Source of the DNA: Bacteriovoracaceae bacterium
Lineage (GTDB): Bacteria; Bdellovibrionota; Bacteriovoracia; Bacteriovoracales; Bacteriovoracaceae
Reading direction: 5' to 3'
DNA length: 64,000 bases
Assembly (NCBI GenBank): GCA_041586955.1
Contig: JBFGZE010000005.1
Coordinates: 1-64,000, forward strand
Part shown: piece by piece, positions 40,470 through 49,566 of the stretch
Layout of the letters: each line of letters starts with the position of its first letter
How positions within the stretch are numbered: position 1 is the stretch's first letter
Program-made: the position numbers and the translations under genes
Notes under the pieces: model-generated
The model's input: only the letters and a program-made list of their open reading frames with translations
Told to the model about the DNA's origin: nothing
Database searches by the model: none

Positions 40470-41405
40470 TTGTTTTTTGAAGGTTCAGAAAAGAAAATTG
40501 AAATGATTTTTACGGCGAATAGCGGAAATCTTTTAGAAAGGCCCCATGAGTTCTGGGACGAAGTTGTTGATAAGTGTAATGCCTCAATTTTATCGATGGT
40601 GGAGAACGAGCATTGTAAGGCCTTTCTTCTCTCTGAGAGTAGTCTCTTTGTTTGGAAAGATAAGATCCTCATGCTGACTTGTGGACAAACCCGCTTGGCG
40701 GATTCGGTTCTTTATTTTTTAAAAGATTGTCCCGATTTACAAACCGATTTTCTTATTTATCAACGTAAAAATGAATACCAATCTCAGCTTCAGCCTTCCT
40801 CGTTTATGGATGATGTTTATTTGATGAAGGAATTTGTACCAGGAAAGTCTTGGCGCTTTGGCCATATTCATGGCCATCATAATTTACTCTTTCATTTAGA
40901 CCAACCCTACCAGGGGCCACAAGACGATTTTACGACAGAATTTCTTATTTATGATATTCACCGTGATGCCTCAGACATTCTGATAAAGGCCGGGCCATCA
41001 AAACAAGAAGTGCGAGATTATTTAAAGGTTGAAGAATATTTTCCCGATTTTGTGATTGATGACTTTGGTTTTGAGCCCTTTGGTTATTCTCTTAACGCAA
41101 TAAACGATGATCGTTACTTTACAATTCATATCACCCCTCAGGAAAATAGTTCATATATTAGCTTTGAAACAAATATAGAGCCTAATGAACAATTAAATCG
41201 CTATTTAAGGCAATTAACTGAATCTTTGAGGCCCTCCTCATTTGATTTAATGAGTTTTGATTCTCAATATGCCTTTCAATTTCAAGATGAATACCAGGTG
41301 ATGAATCATACGCAAAAAAAGTTAAGCTCGAATTTACAGGTGGATTTTCGCTATTATTATAAAATTAATGAAACAATTGACGAGGCCTTTGAAATCAAAG
41401 GATAG
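40470..41405 (+). CDS. speD: S-adenosylmethionine decarboxylase proenzyme, eukaryotic-type (class 2)
   Basis: FEGSEKK, AFLLSESSLFV autocleavage site, LTCG, GYSLN and TIHITPQ..SYISFETN; adjacent to speE. Confidence 0.88.
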   Translation: MFFEGSEKKIEMIFTANSGNLLERPHEFWDEVVDKCNASILSMVENEHCKAFLLSESSLFVWKDKILMLTCGQTRLADSVLYFLKDCPDLQTDFLIYQRKNEYQSQLQPSSFMDDVYLMKEFVPGKSWRFGHIHGHHNLLFHLDQPYQGPQDDFTTEFLIYDIHRDASDILIKAGPSKQEVRDYLKVEEYFPDFVIDDFGFEPFGYSLNAINDDRYFTIHITPQENSSYISFETNIEPNEQLNRYLRQLTESLRPSSFDLMSFDSQYAFQFQDEYQVMNHTQKKLSSNLQVDFRYYYKINETIDEAFEIKG

Positions 41406-41414
41406 GTGGTAATA

Positions 41415-42275
41415 ATGAATTCAAATTTATGGATTGAAGAAAAATATAAGGATTTTTTGGGGATACGTTTTAAAGTGGAAAAGGTTTTATTTTCCGGTAA
41501 AAGTCCTTTTCAGACCGTTGACGTGGTTGAAACCAAAGGACATGGCCGTATGCTTCTCAATGATGGCCTGGTAATGGTGACTGAGCGTGATGAGTTTGTG
41601 TACCACGATATGATTTCCCATGTGCCTCTTTTTGTTCACCCCAATCCTAAGAATGTACTGATTATCGGAGGAGGTGACGGCGGCACTGCGCGAGAAGTCC
41701 TAAGACACCCTTCTATTGAAAAATGTACGATGGTGGAAATTGATGAAATGGTTGTTAATGCTTGCCGTGAATTTATTCCACAAACGTCTAAAGATTTAGA
41801 TCATCCAAAAATGAATTTAATTATCGGTGATGGCGTTCAATTTGTGAAGGACACAAAAGAAAAATACGATGTTATTCTGGTGGACTCAACTGACCCTATC
41901 GGTCCGGCCCAACCCTTATTTGGCACTGAGTTTTATAAAGACCTCTATAATTGTCTGAGTGATGACGGAATTGTTGTGAGCCAGGGAGAGTCTCCCTTTT
42001 ATGAAAGTGAAATGCAAAATAAATTACTTGAAATTTTAAATGGTCTTTTTAAAGTGGTTAGCATTTATAATTTCTCTAATCTCACATATCCTGGTGGACT
42101 TTGGTCATTTACTTATGCGTCTAAAGGACTCCACCCAATCAATGACTTGAAGAGCGAGAAAGTGGCCGCGACGGGCCTTGAGTTTAGTTATTATAATGAG
42201 CAAATTCACCGAGGTGCCTTTGCTCTACCAGAGTTTATGAGAAAAAGGGTTCAACCCATGTTGAAAGAGTCATGA
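41415..42275 (+). CDS. speE: Spermidine synthase (polyamine aminopropyltransferase)
   Basis: DEFVYHDM, VLIIGGGDGG, VEID, DSTDPIGPA and YPGGLW motifs. Confidence 0.95.
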   Translation: MNSNLWIEEKYKDFLGIRFKVEKVLFSGKSPFQTVDVVETKGHGRMLLNDGLVMVTERDEFVYHDMISHVPLFVHPNPKNVLIIGGGDGGTAREVLRHPSIEKCTMVEIDEMVVNACREFIPQTSKDLDHPKMNLIIGDGVQFVKDTKEKYDVILVDSTDPIGPAQPLFGTEFYKDLYNCLSDDGIVVSQGESPFYESEMQNKLLEILNGLFKVVSIYNFSNLTYPGGLWSFTYASKGLHPINDLKSEKVAATGLEFSYYNEQIHRGAFALPEFMRKRVQPMLKES

Positions 42276-42736
42276 ATTATTGGCTAATGAAATCCGAACC
42301 GGATACTTTTTCCCTTGAGCATCTAAAAAAAATGCCAAAAATGACCTCGCCTTGGGATGGTGTTCGCAATTACCAGGCCCGCAATTTTATGCGAGATGAA
42401 ATGAGAAAAGGGGACTTAATTCTCTTTTATCACTCCAGTTGCCCTGTCCCTGGTTGTGCTGGTGTCGCCCAAGTCGTGCGCGAATCTTACCCTGATCCGA
42501 GCGCCTTTGATAAAAATTCCCCTTATTATGACCCCAAATCCAGTATGGATGCGCCGCGCTGGATGATGGTGGATATTCAATACAAAAGCTCATTTAATCA
42601 AGTCATAAGTCTCAAGAGAATGAGGGAAGAACCAAAATTGGCACAAATGAAAATTCTCCAAAAAGGCTGCCGTTTGTCTATAACTCCTATTACAAAAAGT
42701 GAATTTGACTATATTTGCTCTATGGATCAAGCTTAA
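42272..42736 (+). CDS. EVE domain protein
   Basis: YWLMKSEP, WDGVRNYQARN, FYHS and RLSI.P motifs. Confidence 0.93.
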   Translation: MNYWLMKSEPDTFSLEHLKKMPKMTSPWDGVRNYQARNFMRDEMRKGDLILFYHSSCPVPGCAGVAQVVRESYPDPSAFDKNSPYYDPKSSMDAPRWMMVDIQYKSSFNQVISLKRMREEPKLAQMKILQKGCRLSITPITKSEFDYICSMDQA

Positions 42737-42770
42737 GATAAGATTTCCTTTGTCATAAATGAGAGGCCTT

Positions 42771-43088
42771 ATGCTTTTGAGTACTTTAGAAGAAATACCT
42801 GGAAAAAATACCTTGTCCCATTTGGGTTTAGTGAGTGGTAGTACCATTCGCGCGAAGCATGTTGGTCGCGATTTGATGGCCTCGTTTAAAAATATTTTTG
42901 GTGGGGAATTAAAGGGCTATACTGAGTTATTAGAAGAGTCGCGCAGAGAGGCAATTGAGCGCCTAATCTCGCAAGGAAGAAGCCTAGGCGCTAATGCTAT
43001 TGTTAATATTCGTTTTTCTACCAGTTCAATTGCGCAGGGAGCGGCCGAAATTTACGTTTACGGAACAGCATTAAAAGTTCAGGAGTAA
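42771..43088 (+). CDS. YbjQ/UPF0145 family protein
   Basis: LGLVSGS, GRD..A..KNIFGGE..GY and YGTA motifs. Confidence 0.9.
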   Translation: MLLSTLEEIPGKNTLSHLGLVSGSTIRAKHVGRDLMASFKNIFGGELKGYTELLEESRREAIERLISQGRSLGANAIVNIRFSTSSIAQGAAEIYVYGTALKVQE

Positions 43089-43090
43089 AT

Positions 43091-43546
43091 ATGGAAATAT
43101 TAGCGCAAATTGCAGTCGTCCTGACTTTATTAATTGTTGGGTATTTAAAGGGGACTCGGGCAGAAAAGAAGCATTTGCGGAATATCCGTTGGCGGGAAAA
43201 GCGTCTCGTTCATTTAGTGCAATTGACAGATGGCCAATATCATAAAGGTGAATGGCAAGATTGCAAATTGGTCATCGGTCAAGTGGTTATCGCACAAGAT
43301 TATTTTAAGCGCTTTCTCGCCGGTTTAAGAAATATTTTTGGTGGCCGTCTATCAAGTTATGAAACCTTAATGGACCGGGCACGGCGAGAAGCACTCCTTA
43401 AAATGAAAGAACAGGCGCATCATTTTGGTGCTAAGGCCATTGTCAGGGTTCGCTTGGAAACTTCTAATATCTCTAATACTAATTACGGAAAAGAAAAGCA
43501 CTCTGGTGCTATGGAAGTCATGGCCTATGGCACGGCCGTGAAATGA
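43091..43546 (+). CDS. YbjQ/UPF0145 family protein with N-terminal TM anchor
   Basis: N-terminal TM; RNIFGGR...YE..MDRARREA and AYGTAV motifs. Confidence 0.85.
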   Translation: MEILAQIAVVLTLLIVGYLKGTRAEKKHLRNIRWREKRLVHLVQLTDGQYHKGEWQDCKLVIGQVVIAQDYFKRFLAGLRNIFGGRLSSYETLMDRARREALLKMKEQAHHFGAKAIVRVRLETSNISNTNYGKEKHSGAMEVMAYGTAVK

Positions 43547-44340
43547 GCGGCCAATTTAAATTACCAGATGATAATGTCAATTTGGGTGAGGCAACTCCTT
43601 GGCGCGATTTCTTGGCCTTAATGACCTATCTCTTTATTTCCTTATTTTTTTTACTAGCACTTCTTGAATTTTTAGGTCCCTATATTGTCCGCTATATTGA
43701 TTTTAAAACCGAGGCAAGATTCTTTTCGATTTTTCGTTCACAGCAAACTGTCGCCATGGACGAGAGGCCAACTTACTTGAATGAATTGGTGACTAAAATC
43801 ATTGCGCATCAAGATAAAATCCCTAAAGATTTTCCCTTTAACGTTAAAGTCATTTGCTCTGATGGGCCTAATGCCTTTGCAGTTCCGGGCGGAGAGATTA
43901 TTGTCACTTCGGCACTTTTGCAATCAATCAAAACGGAAAATGGCCTGGCTTTTGTTCTCGGCCACGAATTGGGGCATTTTTATTTACGCCACCACCTGCG
44001 GTCCCTGGGGAGAAACTTATTATTAACAATATTGAGTTCCTTTTTAGGTGGAAGTGAGATTTTTCATATCTCACAATTAATAAATGGTCATTATTCCCGA
44101 AAAGATGAGGCGCAGGCCGATCTATTTGCTGAAGGCCTTTTGATTTCTATCTATGGACATTCCTTGAAGGGTGAGGAGTTTTTTGATTATTTAATGACAA
44201 GGGAAAAAGTGGAATTGGCCTTTTTACAAAGGCACCCATTGACAGAAGAGAGGTTAAAGAAATTAAAGACAGGGCAAAAGGTCTATAAGGGAGAAGGGTT
44301 GATTGCTCCTCTAAAAGATTTAAAAATTAATTGCCCTTAA
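43543..44340 (+). CDS. M48 family metallopeptidase
   Basis: NAFAVPGG, VLGHELGH, YSR.DE..AD and HP....R motifs. Confidence 0.88.
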   Translation: MSGQFKLPDDNVNLGEATPWRDFLALMTYLFISLFFLLALLEFLGPYIVRYIDFKTEARFFSIFRSQQTVAMDERPTYLNELVTKIIAHQDKIPKDFPFNVKVICSDGPNAFAVPGGEIIVTSALLQSIKTENGLAFVLGHELGHFYLRHHLRSLGRNLLLTILSSFLGGSEIFHISQLINGHYSRKDEAQADLFAEGLLISIYGHSLKGEEFFDYLMTREKVELAFLQRHPLTEERLKKLKTGQKVYKGEGLIAPLKDLKINCP

Positions 44341-44434
44341 AGGAAAGGTGGAGATAGTGGGGCAAATTTATTAAATCCAACAAAAATTAGTTTGAATTTG
44401 GGGATTTTTTGGAAAAAAGTTATGATGGTAGGTA

Positions 44435-45388
44435 ATGAAGGTAAAAGATTTAATACAAGTCATTAAATTTAAAAAGCAATTTCACCAATATTATAAGAGT
44501 GAAGGGGTCTCTGGTACCTTTTCCGGTACTGATGGCCTGATCCTTCACTATACTAAATTTACTCATCCCGATAATACTAAGGCCATCATTATCTCTCCCG
44601 GGAGAGGGGAAGCCGGAATTAAATACGCTGAGCTGCTCTACGATCTCAGGGGCTACGGTTATGATGTATGGATTCTCGATCATCGCGGACAAGGATTTTC
44701 TCAGCGGGTGTTAAAAGATCCCTATAAAGGTCACGTCAATGAATTTGAAGATTACGTCCTTGATTTTGAGGAATTTTCATTAATCGTCGATCAAGAAAAA
44801 GAATACGCTAAAAAAATACTTTTGGCCCACTCAATGGGGGCGGCCATCGGATTGTTATTTAGCGCCGCTAAACCAAATTATTTTGATGGTGCGATTCTCT
44901 CTAGCCCTATGTTTGATATTAAACTTAATGGTATGCCTAAGTTTTTTGCGCTCGCGCTTCTCTATATCCTGCGATTCTTTGGCAAGGCACGGGACTGGGT
45001 TATCAATGGAGGTCACCATTTGGAAGTTAAGGGTTTTGATGAGAATACCGTCACGAGTTCTCATAAAAGATTTTTATGGGAGCGTTTTATTGAGAGTAAG
45101 CACCCTAAGATTCGTTCAGGCTTTGTGACTAATAATTGGGTACTTGAGGCGATCAATGCTACTGATCGTCTTTACGAAAAACGAAAAAATATTAAAATTC
45201 CTATTCTTATGTTTCAGGCTGGGAAAGAGTTTTACGTCAACCCTGGGCGCCAAAAAGAGTTCTGTGACCATTTAGAAAATTACACCCTCGTGCGGATTGA
45301 GGATGCTTTGCATGAGGTTTTGCATGAGCAGGATAATATTCGTAACGTTGTGATGAAGGAAATTGGTAAATTCCTTAAGGGCGTGTAA
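44435..45388 (+). CDS. Alpha/beta hydrolase, lysophospholipase L2 (PldB)-like
   Basis: PGRGE...KY, DHRGQG.S, AHSMG and HEVLHE motifs. Confidence 0.85.
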   Translation: MKVKDLIQVIKFKKQFHQYYKSEGVSGTFSGTDGLILHYTKFTHPDNTKAIIISPGRGEAGIKYAELLYDLRGYGYDVWILDHRGQGFSQRVLKDPYKGHVNEFEDYVLDFEEFSLIVDQEKEYAKKILLAHSMGAAIGLLFSAAKPNYFDGAILSSPMFDIKLNGMPKFFALALLYILRFFGKARDWVINGGHHLEVKGFDENTVTSSHKRFLWERFIESKHPKIRSGFVTNNWVLEAINATDRLYEKRKNIKIPILMFQAGKEFYVNPGRQKEFCDHLENYTLVRIEDALHEVLHEQDNIRNVVMKEIGKFLKGV

Positions 45389-46529
45389 AAAGAAATTGAA
45401 TACGACCGCTATAACTCAATTCACGTACTGATTTTTTAATTGTCTCTAATAATTCCTCATCATTCATATTTTGAACATCCAAAACAAATTCATAATGGAT
45501 TTTTTTGCCCAAATAATGGAGACGAGTTTCTTTAATCTTAGAGATGATCTCTTGGTCGAGATTTTGTCTTATCCTTTCTAAAACCTTTTGGCGCAAAGGT
45601 AGGACGGTTTCTTTATAAGAGGAAAATGGAATTTCTACATCGTCTTCCACATCCGTGTGGACAACGACATCACTGACTTTAGGGTCATTATCCATAATGG
45701 ACTTAATCGCCTGGGTGGCTATCTCATGACCTTCTGAGACGCTGATCTTTGCCGCCACTTGAATATTAACATCGAGAATAATACGCGGACCCATTTTTCG
45801 CGCCCTTAAATTATGGGCATCTTCGATCTCGGGAATTGCCATAATACGTTCGAGGTATTTTTTGGTCTCTTCGGGATTTAAGCTTGAGTCGACTAATTCT
45901 GTGGTGCTATCTTTGATAAAATCAAGGCCAACTTTTCCAATCATTAACGAAATAATAAGCGCTGCCGCGTGGTCCGCCCAGTAGATATCAAAAAGAGAGA
46001 GGACAAATCCCAGGAGAACGATGATTGAAGAAATGCAATCAGTACGGCTATGCCATGCATTGGCCAATAATAATTGGCTACCTATGATCTCGGCCGTTTT
46101 TTTAGTGTAACGGAAGAGCCACTCATTGGCGAGGACTGAGATGAGAGCACCGATGGCGACAGGGTATTTTGGAATAACAAACCCCTTTTGAGTGATAAAG
46201 GGGAGAATATTTTCATAAAAAAGAACGCCACTGGTGATAATGAGTATACAACCAATAACCAGAGTGCCCATGGTTTCTATACGGCCATGGCCATAGGGGT
46301 GATTTTTATCCGGGGCTTCATAGGAAAAGCGGTTAACAAAAATAATAAAAAGGTCAGATAATAAATCGCTAAAGGAATGAATACCATCAACTATAAGAGA
46401 ATGGGAACTCGCGAAAACTCCAATAATAATTTTGGCCACGCCTAGGGCCATATTAATAAGGGCGCCAGTTATGGTGACTTTTTGTGCCATCCGGCGATTA
46501 ATTTTCTGCTGATTGGGGTTGCGATTCAT
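45375..46529 (-). CDS. Cation diffusion facilitator family transporter
   Basis: DGIHSFSD, HPYGHGRIE, ANAWHSRTD and SVSEGH motifs. Confidence 0.92.
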   Translation of the reverse strand: MNRNPNQQKINRRMAQKVTITGALINMALGVAKIIIGVFASSHSLIVDGIHSFSDLLSDLFIIFVNRFSYEAPDKNHPYGHGRIETMGTLVIGCILIITSGVLFYENILPFITQKGFVIPKYPVAIGALISVLANEWLFRYTKKTAEIIGSQLLLANAWHSRTDCISSIIVLLGFVLSLFDIYWADHAAALIISLMIGKVGLDFIKDSTTELVDSSLNPEETKKYLERIMAIPEIEDAHNLRARKMGPRIILDVNIQVAAKISVSEGHEIATQAIKSIMDNDPKVSDVVVHTDVEDDVEIPFSSYKETVLPLRQKVLERIRQNLDQEIISKIKETRLHYLGKKIHYEFVLDVQNMNDEELLETIKKSVRELSYSGRIQFLFTRP

Positions 46530-46906
46530 ACTATCTCATCAATTTTCGTTTCGATCTTATACTTGTTGGCAAGCTCTTCAACTATGTCTCTTACAACCTC
46601 GGGTCTAATGAGAATATTGACCACCGAAAATTGTTGATTAGGGCCAAAATGGCAATTATTATCACAATTCATCTCTTTAGTTAGTAGAGCAACTTGGAGA
46701 ATGGGATCTTTATTTTCAAAATTGGCATACCATTTAAAAAATTTCTCAAAACCCTTTTTTAATTCTTCTACCATTTCCTCATGTTCATCTTTTTCTATAT
46801 TAAAAAGGATACGGCCAGAGTCCATTTGCTTGCCATTTACTATAATTTTTATAGAGCCACGAGAGGAGAGGTATAGTGAATCGTTCAAGCACTCGGGGCA
46901 ATACAT
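46526..46906 (-). CDS. Hypothetical protein with putative split Zn site (CPEC...CxxxC)
   Basis: Start ATG 46906 behind AAAGGA; overlaps the CDF start (ATGA). Confidence 0.6.
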   Translation of the reverse strand: MYCPECLNDSLYLSSRGSIKIIVNGKQMDSGRILFNIEKDEHEEMVEELKKGFEKFFKWYANFENKDPILQVALLTKEMNCDNNCHFGPNQQFSVVNILIRPEVVRDIVEELANKYKIETKIDEIV

Positions 46907-46988
46907 AGATATAGTCCTTTGATAATTGGTCGTTTCAAAATTATAATAGAATGAGAGGGATATTCCCAACGACTATCAGAGGTATTTA

Positions 46989-47837
46989 GTGAAATTTTTG
47001 GAAAAAATCATACATGGTCCCAAGCAAACCTCTCTTTTTGCTCGAATTTATGAGTCAGGTATGAAGCCGTGGATTATAGTGACCCATGGTGTCGGTGAAC
47101 ATTCTGGCCGACATCTCTATATGGGGGACCTATTATCTCATCAATTTAATATCTGCCTCTATGATTTGCGCGGTCACGGCAAGAGTGGTGGTAAGAGTGC
47201 CTATATTGAAAACTTTTCTCAGTATTATGATGACCTTCATGCCGTTATTCAATACTTACAAGAGACCTATCAGGCCGAAAATTATTTGCTTTTTGGCCAC
47301 TCTATGGGCGCCCTCATTACTTGTGGTTTTTTAAAGAACTTTCCCCAAGATATACCAAATCCAATGATGGCCTATGTTAATGCTCCGCCAGTTGGCCTGC
47401 CCGGTTTCCTTGGAAAGATGGTGGAAAAAATTCCTAATCAAATATTGGGAAAAATCGCCCAGGGCCTCCCGGGCCTGCGATTAAAGGGCATGGTAGATAT
47501 GAATTATTTATCTCATGACCCGAGAGTCATTCTCAATTATCGAGTGGATAAGCTCAATCATATGGCCCTTCATTCAAAATTATTATTGGAGATTGCTCAT
47601 GCCTCTCGTCAAGTTTTTGATGGCCCCATTAATCCTCCCTGTCCTGCTATTTGTAGCTATGGGACAGAAGATAGAATTATTAATGTCCAGGCGATTGAGG
47701 ATTATTTCGGTGATGTCGAGATGAATTTTAACCTTAAGAGCTTTGAAGGTGCATTCCATGAAATTCATAATGAGATTGAGCGTTACCGGAAACCATATTT
47801 TGATTTTTTAACAAATTCCATGACACCTTTCTCCTAG
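46989..47837 (+). CDS. Alpha/beta hydrolase (lysophospholipase/monoacylglycerol lipase-like)
   Basis: HGVGEHSGR, DLRGHGKS, GHSMG and HEIHNE motifs. Confidence 0.88.
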   Translation: MKFLEKIIHGPKQTSLFARIYESGMKPWIIVTHGVGEHSGRHLYMGDLLSHQFNICLYDLRGHGKSGGKSAYIENFSQYYDDLHAVIQYLQETYQAENYLLFGHSMGALITCGFLKNFPQDIPNPMMAYVNAPPVGLPGFLGKMVEKIPNQILGKIAQGLPGLRLKGMVDMNYLSHDPRVILNYRVDKLNHMALHSKLLLEIAHASRQVFDGPINPPCPAICSYGTEDRIINVQAIEDYFGDVEMNFNLKSFEGAFHEIHNEIERYRKPYFDFLTNSMTPFS

Positions 47838-48008
47838 GATTATTAGACGAATTTATCCTCGCATATTCAGAGAGCGCTTTGGGCATATGGCCTGGTATGA
47901 CAAAAAAAAGTCGTTAACCTATTAAATGCAGATAAAGATCCCGCCTTTGGAGTTCGTTATATCCATAAAAATATTCACAGAGTTTATATGGCACAATTGA
48001 ATAGGCAG

Positions 48009-48686
48009 TTATTTTGAATTGGGGAAGCTATCTGCCCATTTTAGAAAACGAGAAATAATTTCTAATCCATCTCTGCGCGTGAGCTTCTTATCTGCTGGTG
48101 AAAGCTCGGCCTTAACATCATTTTCAATAAAATAATCAGAGGCCTCCGGATGAGTTTGCAAACTAAAAAGAGGCAAGCGTTCATGAGCGATTATATCATG
48201 AGGGCATTCTGGTGAATGGCCGATATGAATAAAAGGTGGTGCAATATTGGCGACTTGGTAGGAGTGGGCCTTGATTAAGGTAAAAGTTTCTCCCGCTTTG
48301 ACGAGAGGGTGATCATTGAGAATAGTCACTTGACGCATTCCTTGGAGCGTCCCATGATTTGGATTTTGAATGATTGTTAAACCAAAAGCATCGGCCAATA
48401 ATTGATGACCAAAACAAAGGGCAAGGACTGGTTTACCCTTTTCTAATTCTTGCAGCATATGGCGCGCTAATTCTTTTTGCCAAGGCAGACGATCTTCTAC
48501 ATTACTAAAGCTTCCCAATATAATGTAGGCGAGATTTTGTTCTTGCGCTTCATACAGAGATTCCATTCCCTGCGTGGAAGGAATATGATAAGTGAAGGAT
48601 TGTGGGAAGTTCCTGACTAATTGATTAAAAATAAAGAGACTATTGCGCTTAATTCCACAATCGATTATGGCAATTAATTTTTTCAT
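48009..48686 (-). CDS. Stand-alone class I glutamine amidotransferase
   Basis: LCFGHQ nucleophile elbow and QTHPE. Confidence 0.85.
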   Translation of the reverse strand: MKKLIAIIDCGIKRNSLFIFNQLVRNFPQSFTYHIPSTQGMESLYEAQEQNLAYIILGSFSNVEDRLPWQKELARHMLQELEKGKPVLALCFGHQLLADAFGLTIIQNPNHGTLQGMRQVTILNDHPLVKAGETFTLIKAHSYQVANIAPPFIHIGHSPECPHDIIAHERLPLFSLQTHPEASDYFIENDVKAELSPADKKLTRRDGLEIISRFLKWADSFPNSK

Positions 48687-48700
48687 AAGGAAAAATAGAA

Positions 48701-49177
48701 ATGAATCAAACTATTGTCAAAAGATATTATCAGAACACTAAAGGAGGGTTGATTCTCATCTGCGGTAACGAGCAGGCGATCTTTTCCCTGGAGTTTCTAA
48801 AAAGCAAACCAGACTTTGAAAATGATACAAGCTATGCCCTCGGGAAAAAGGCCTGTACTCAATTACAGGAATACTTTAGTGGTGAGCGCCAGCAATTTGA
48901 TATTTCTTGTGCGCCACAGGGAACCCCCTTTCAGAAACGAGTTTGGTTAGCTCTTCAAAAAATACCTTATGGCCAATTATGGACTTACAAAGATCTCGCT
49001 GAATTGGTGGAATGTCCAAAAGGTTATCAGGCCATTGGCCAGGCCAATGGGAAAAATCCTATTCCTATTATTATTCCCTGTCATCGGGTTGTGGCCAAGA
49101 ATGGGCCAGGAGGTTTTTCTGCTGGGATGAAGATGAAGTACTTTCTTATTAAGACAGAAAGCGCTAAGCGGCGTTGA
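48701..49177 (+). CDS. ogt: Methylated-DNA-protein-cysteine methyltransferase
   Basis: GTPFQ..VW, IPYG and NPIPIIIPCHRV motifs. Confidence 0.92.
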   Translation: MNQTIVKRYYQNTKGGLILICGNEQAIFSLEFLKSKPDFENDTSYALGKKACTQLQEYFSGERQQFDISCAPQGTPFQKRVWLALQKIPYGQLWTYKDLAELVECPKGYQAIGQANGKNPIPIIIPCHRVVAKNGPGGFSAGMKMKYFLIKTESAKRR

Positions 49178-49192
49178 GGAACTTAAAAGATC

Positions 49193-49375
49193 TTATATAA
49201 TATTGGAGGAGGGGAGGATATAACCATCACCACTGCCGCCACCATTACCTCCGGGTCCTTCATCATTAAAAGGAGGAGATTTTTCTTTGGCCATTAATTG
49301 GCCTTGAGGGAGAGAGCTGACGATTGTGGCCATGCCACATAAAATAAATATTAATAGTGCTAATTTTTTAAACAT
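49193..49375 (-). CDS. Small secreted Gly-rich peptide
   Basis: MFKKLALLIFILCG signal peptide followed by GPGGNGGGSGDG. Confidence 0.4.
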   Translation of the reverse strand: MFKKLALLIFILCGMATIVSSLPQGQLMAKEKSPPFNDEGPGGNGGGSGDGYILPSSNII

Positions 49376-49566
49376 AGAGTCTTGCCTCACTTAGGCTTCA
49401 GAGCATAGTAGTATGCTATTACGCCTAGATAGCATAATGATAAGCAAGGTCAATCCGATTATCATCCAATTATTTTTATTGCAGTCGAGTTTTCAGCCGG
49501 TTGAGTCATTAATGTAAGAATTTTGAATTTCTTACATCGCTTTTTGGGGGACAATCGACACCAATT

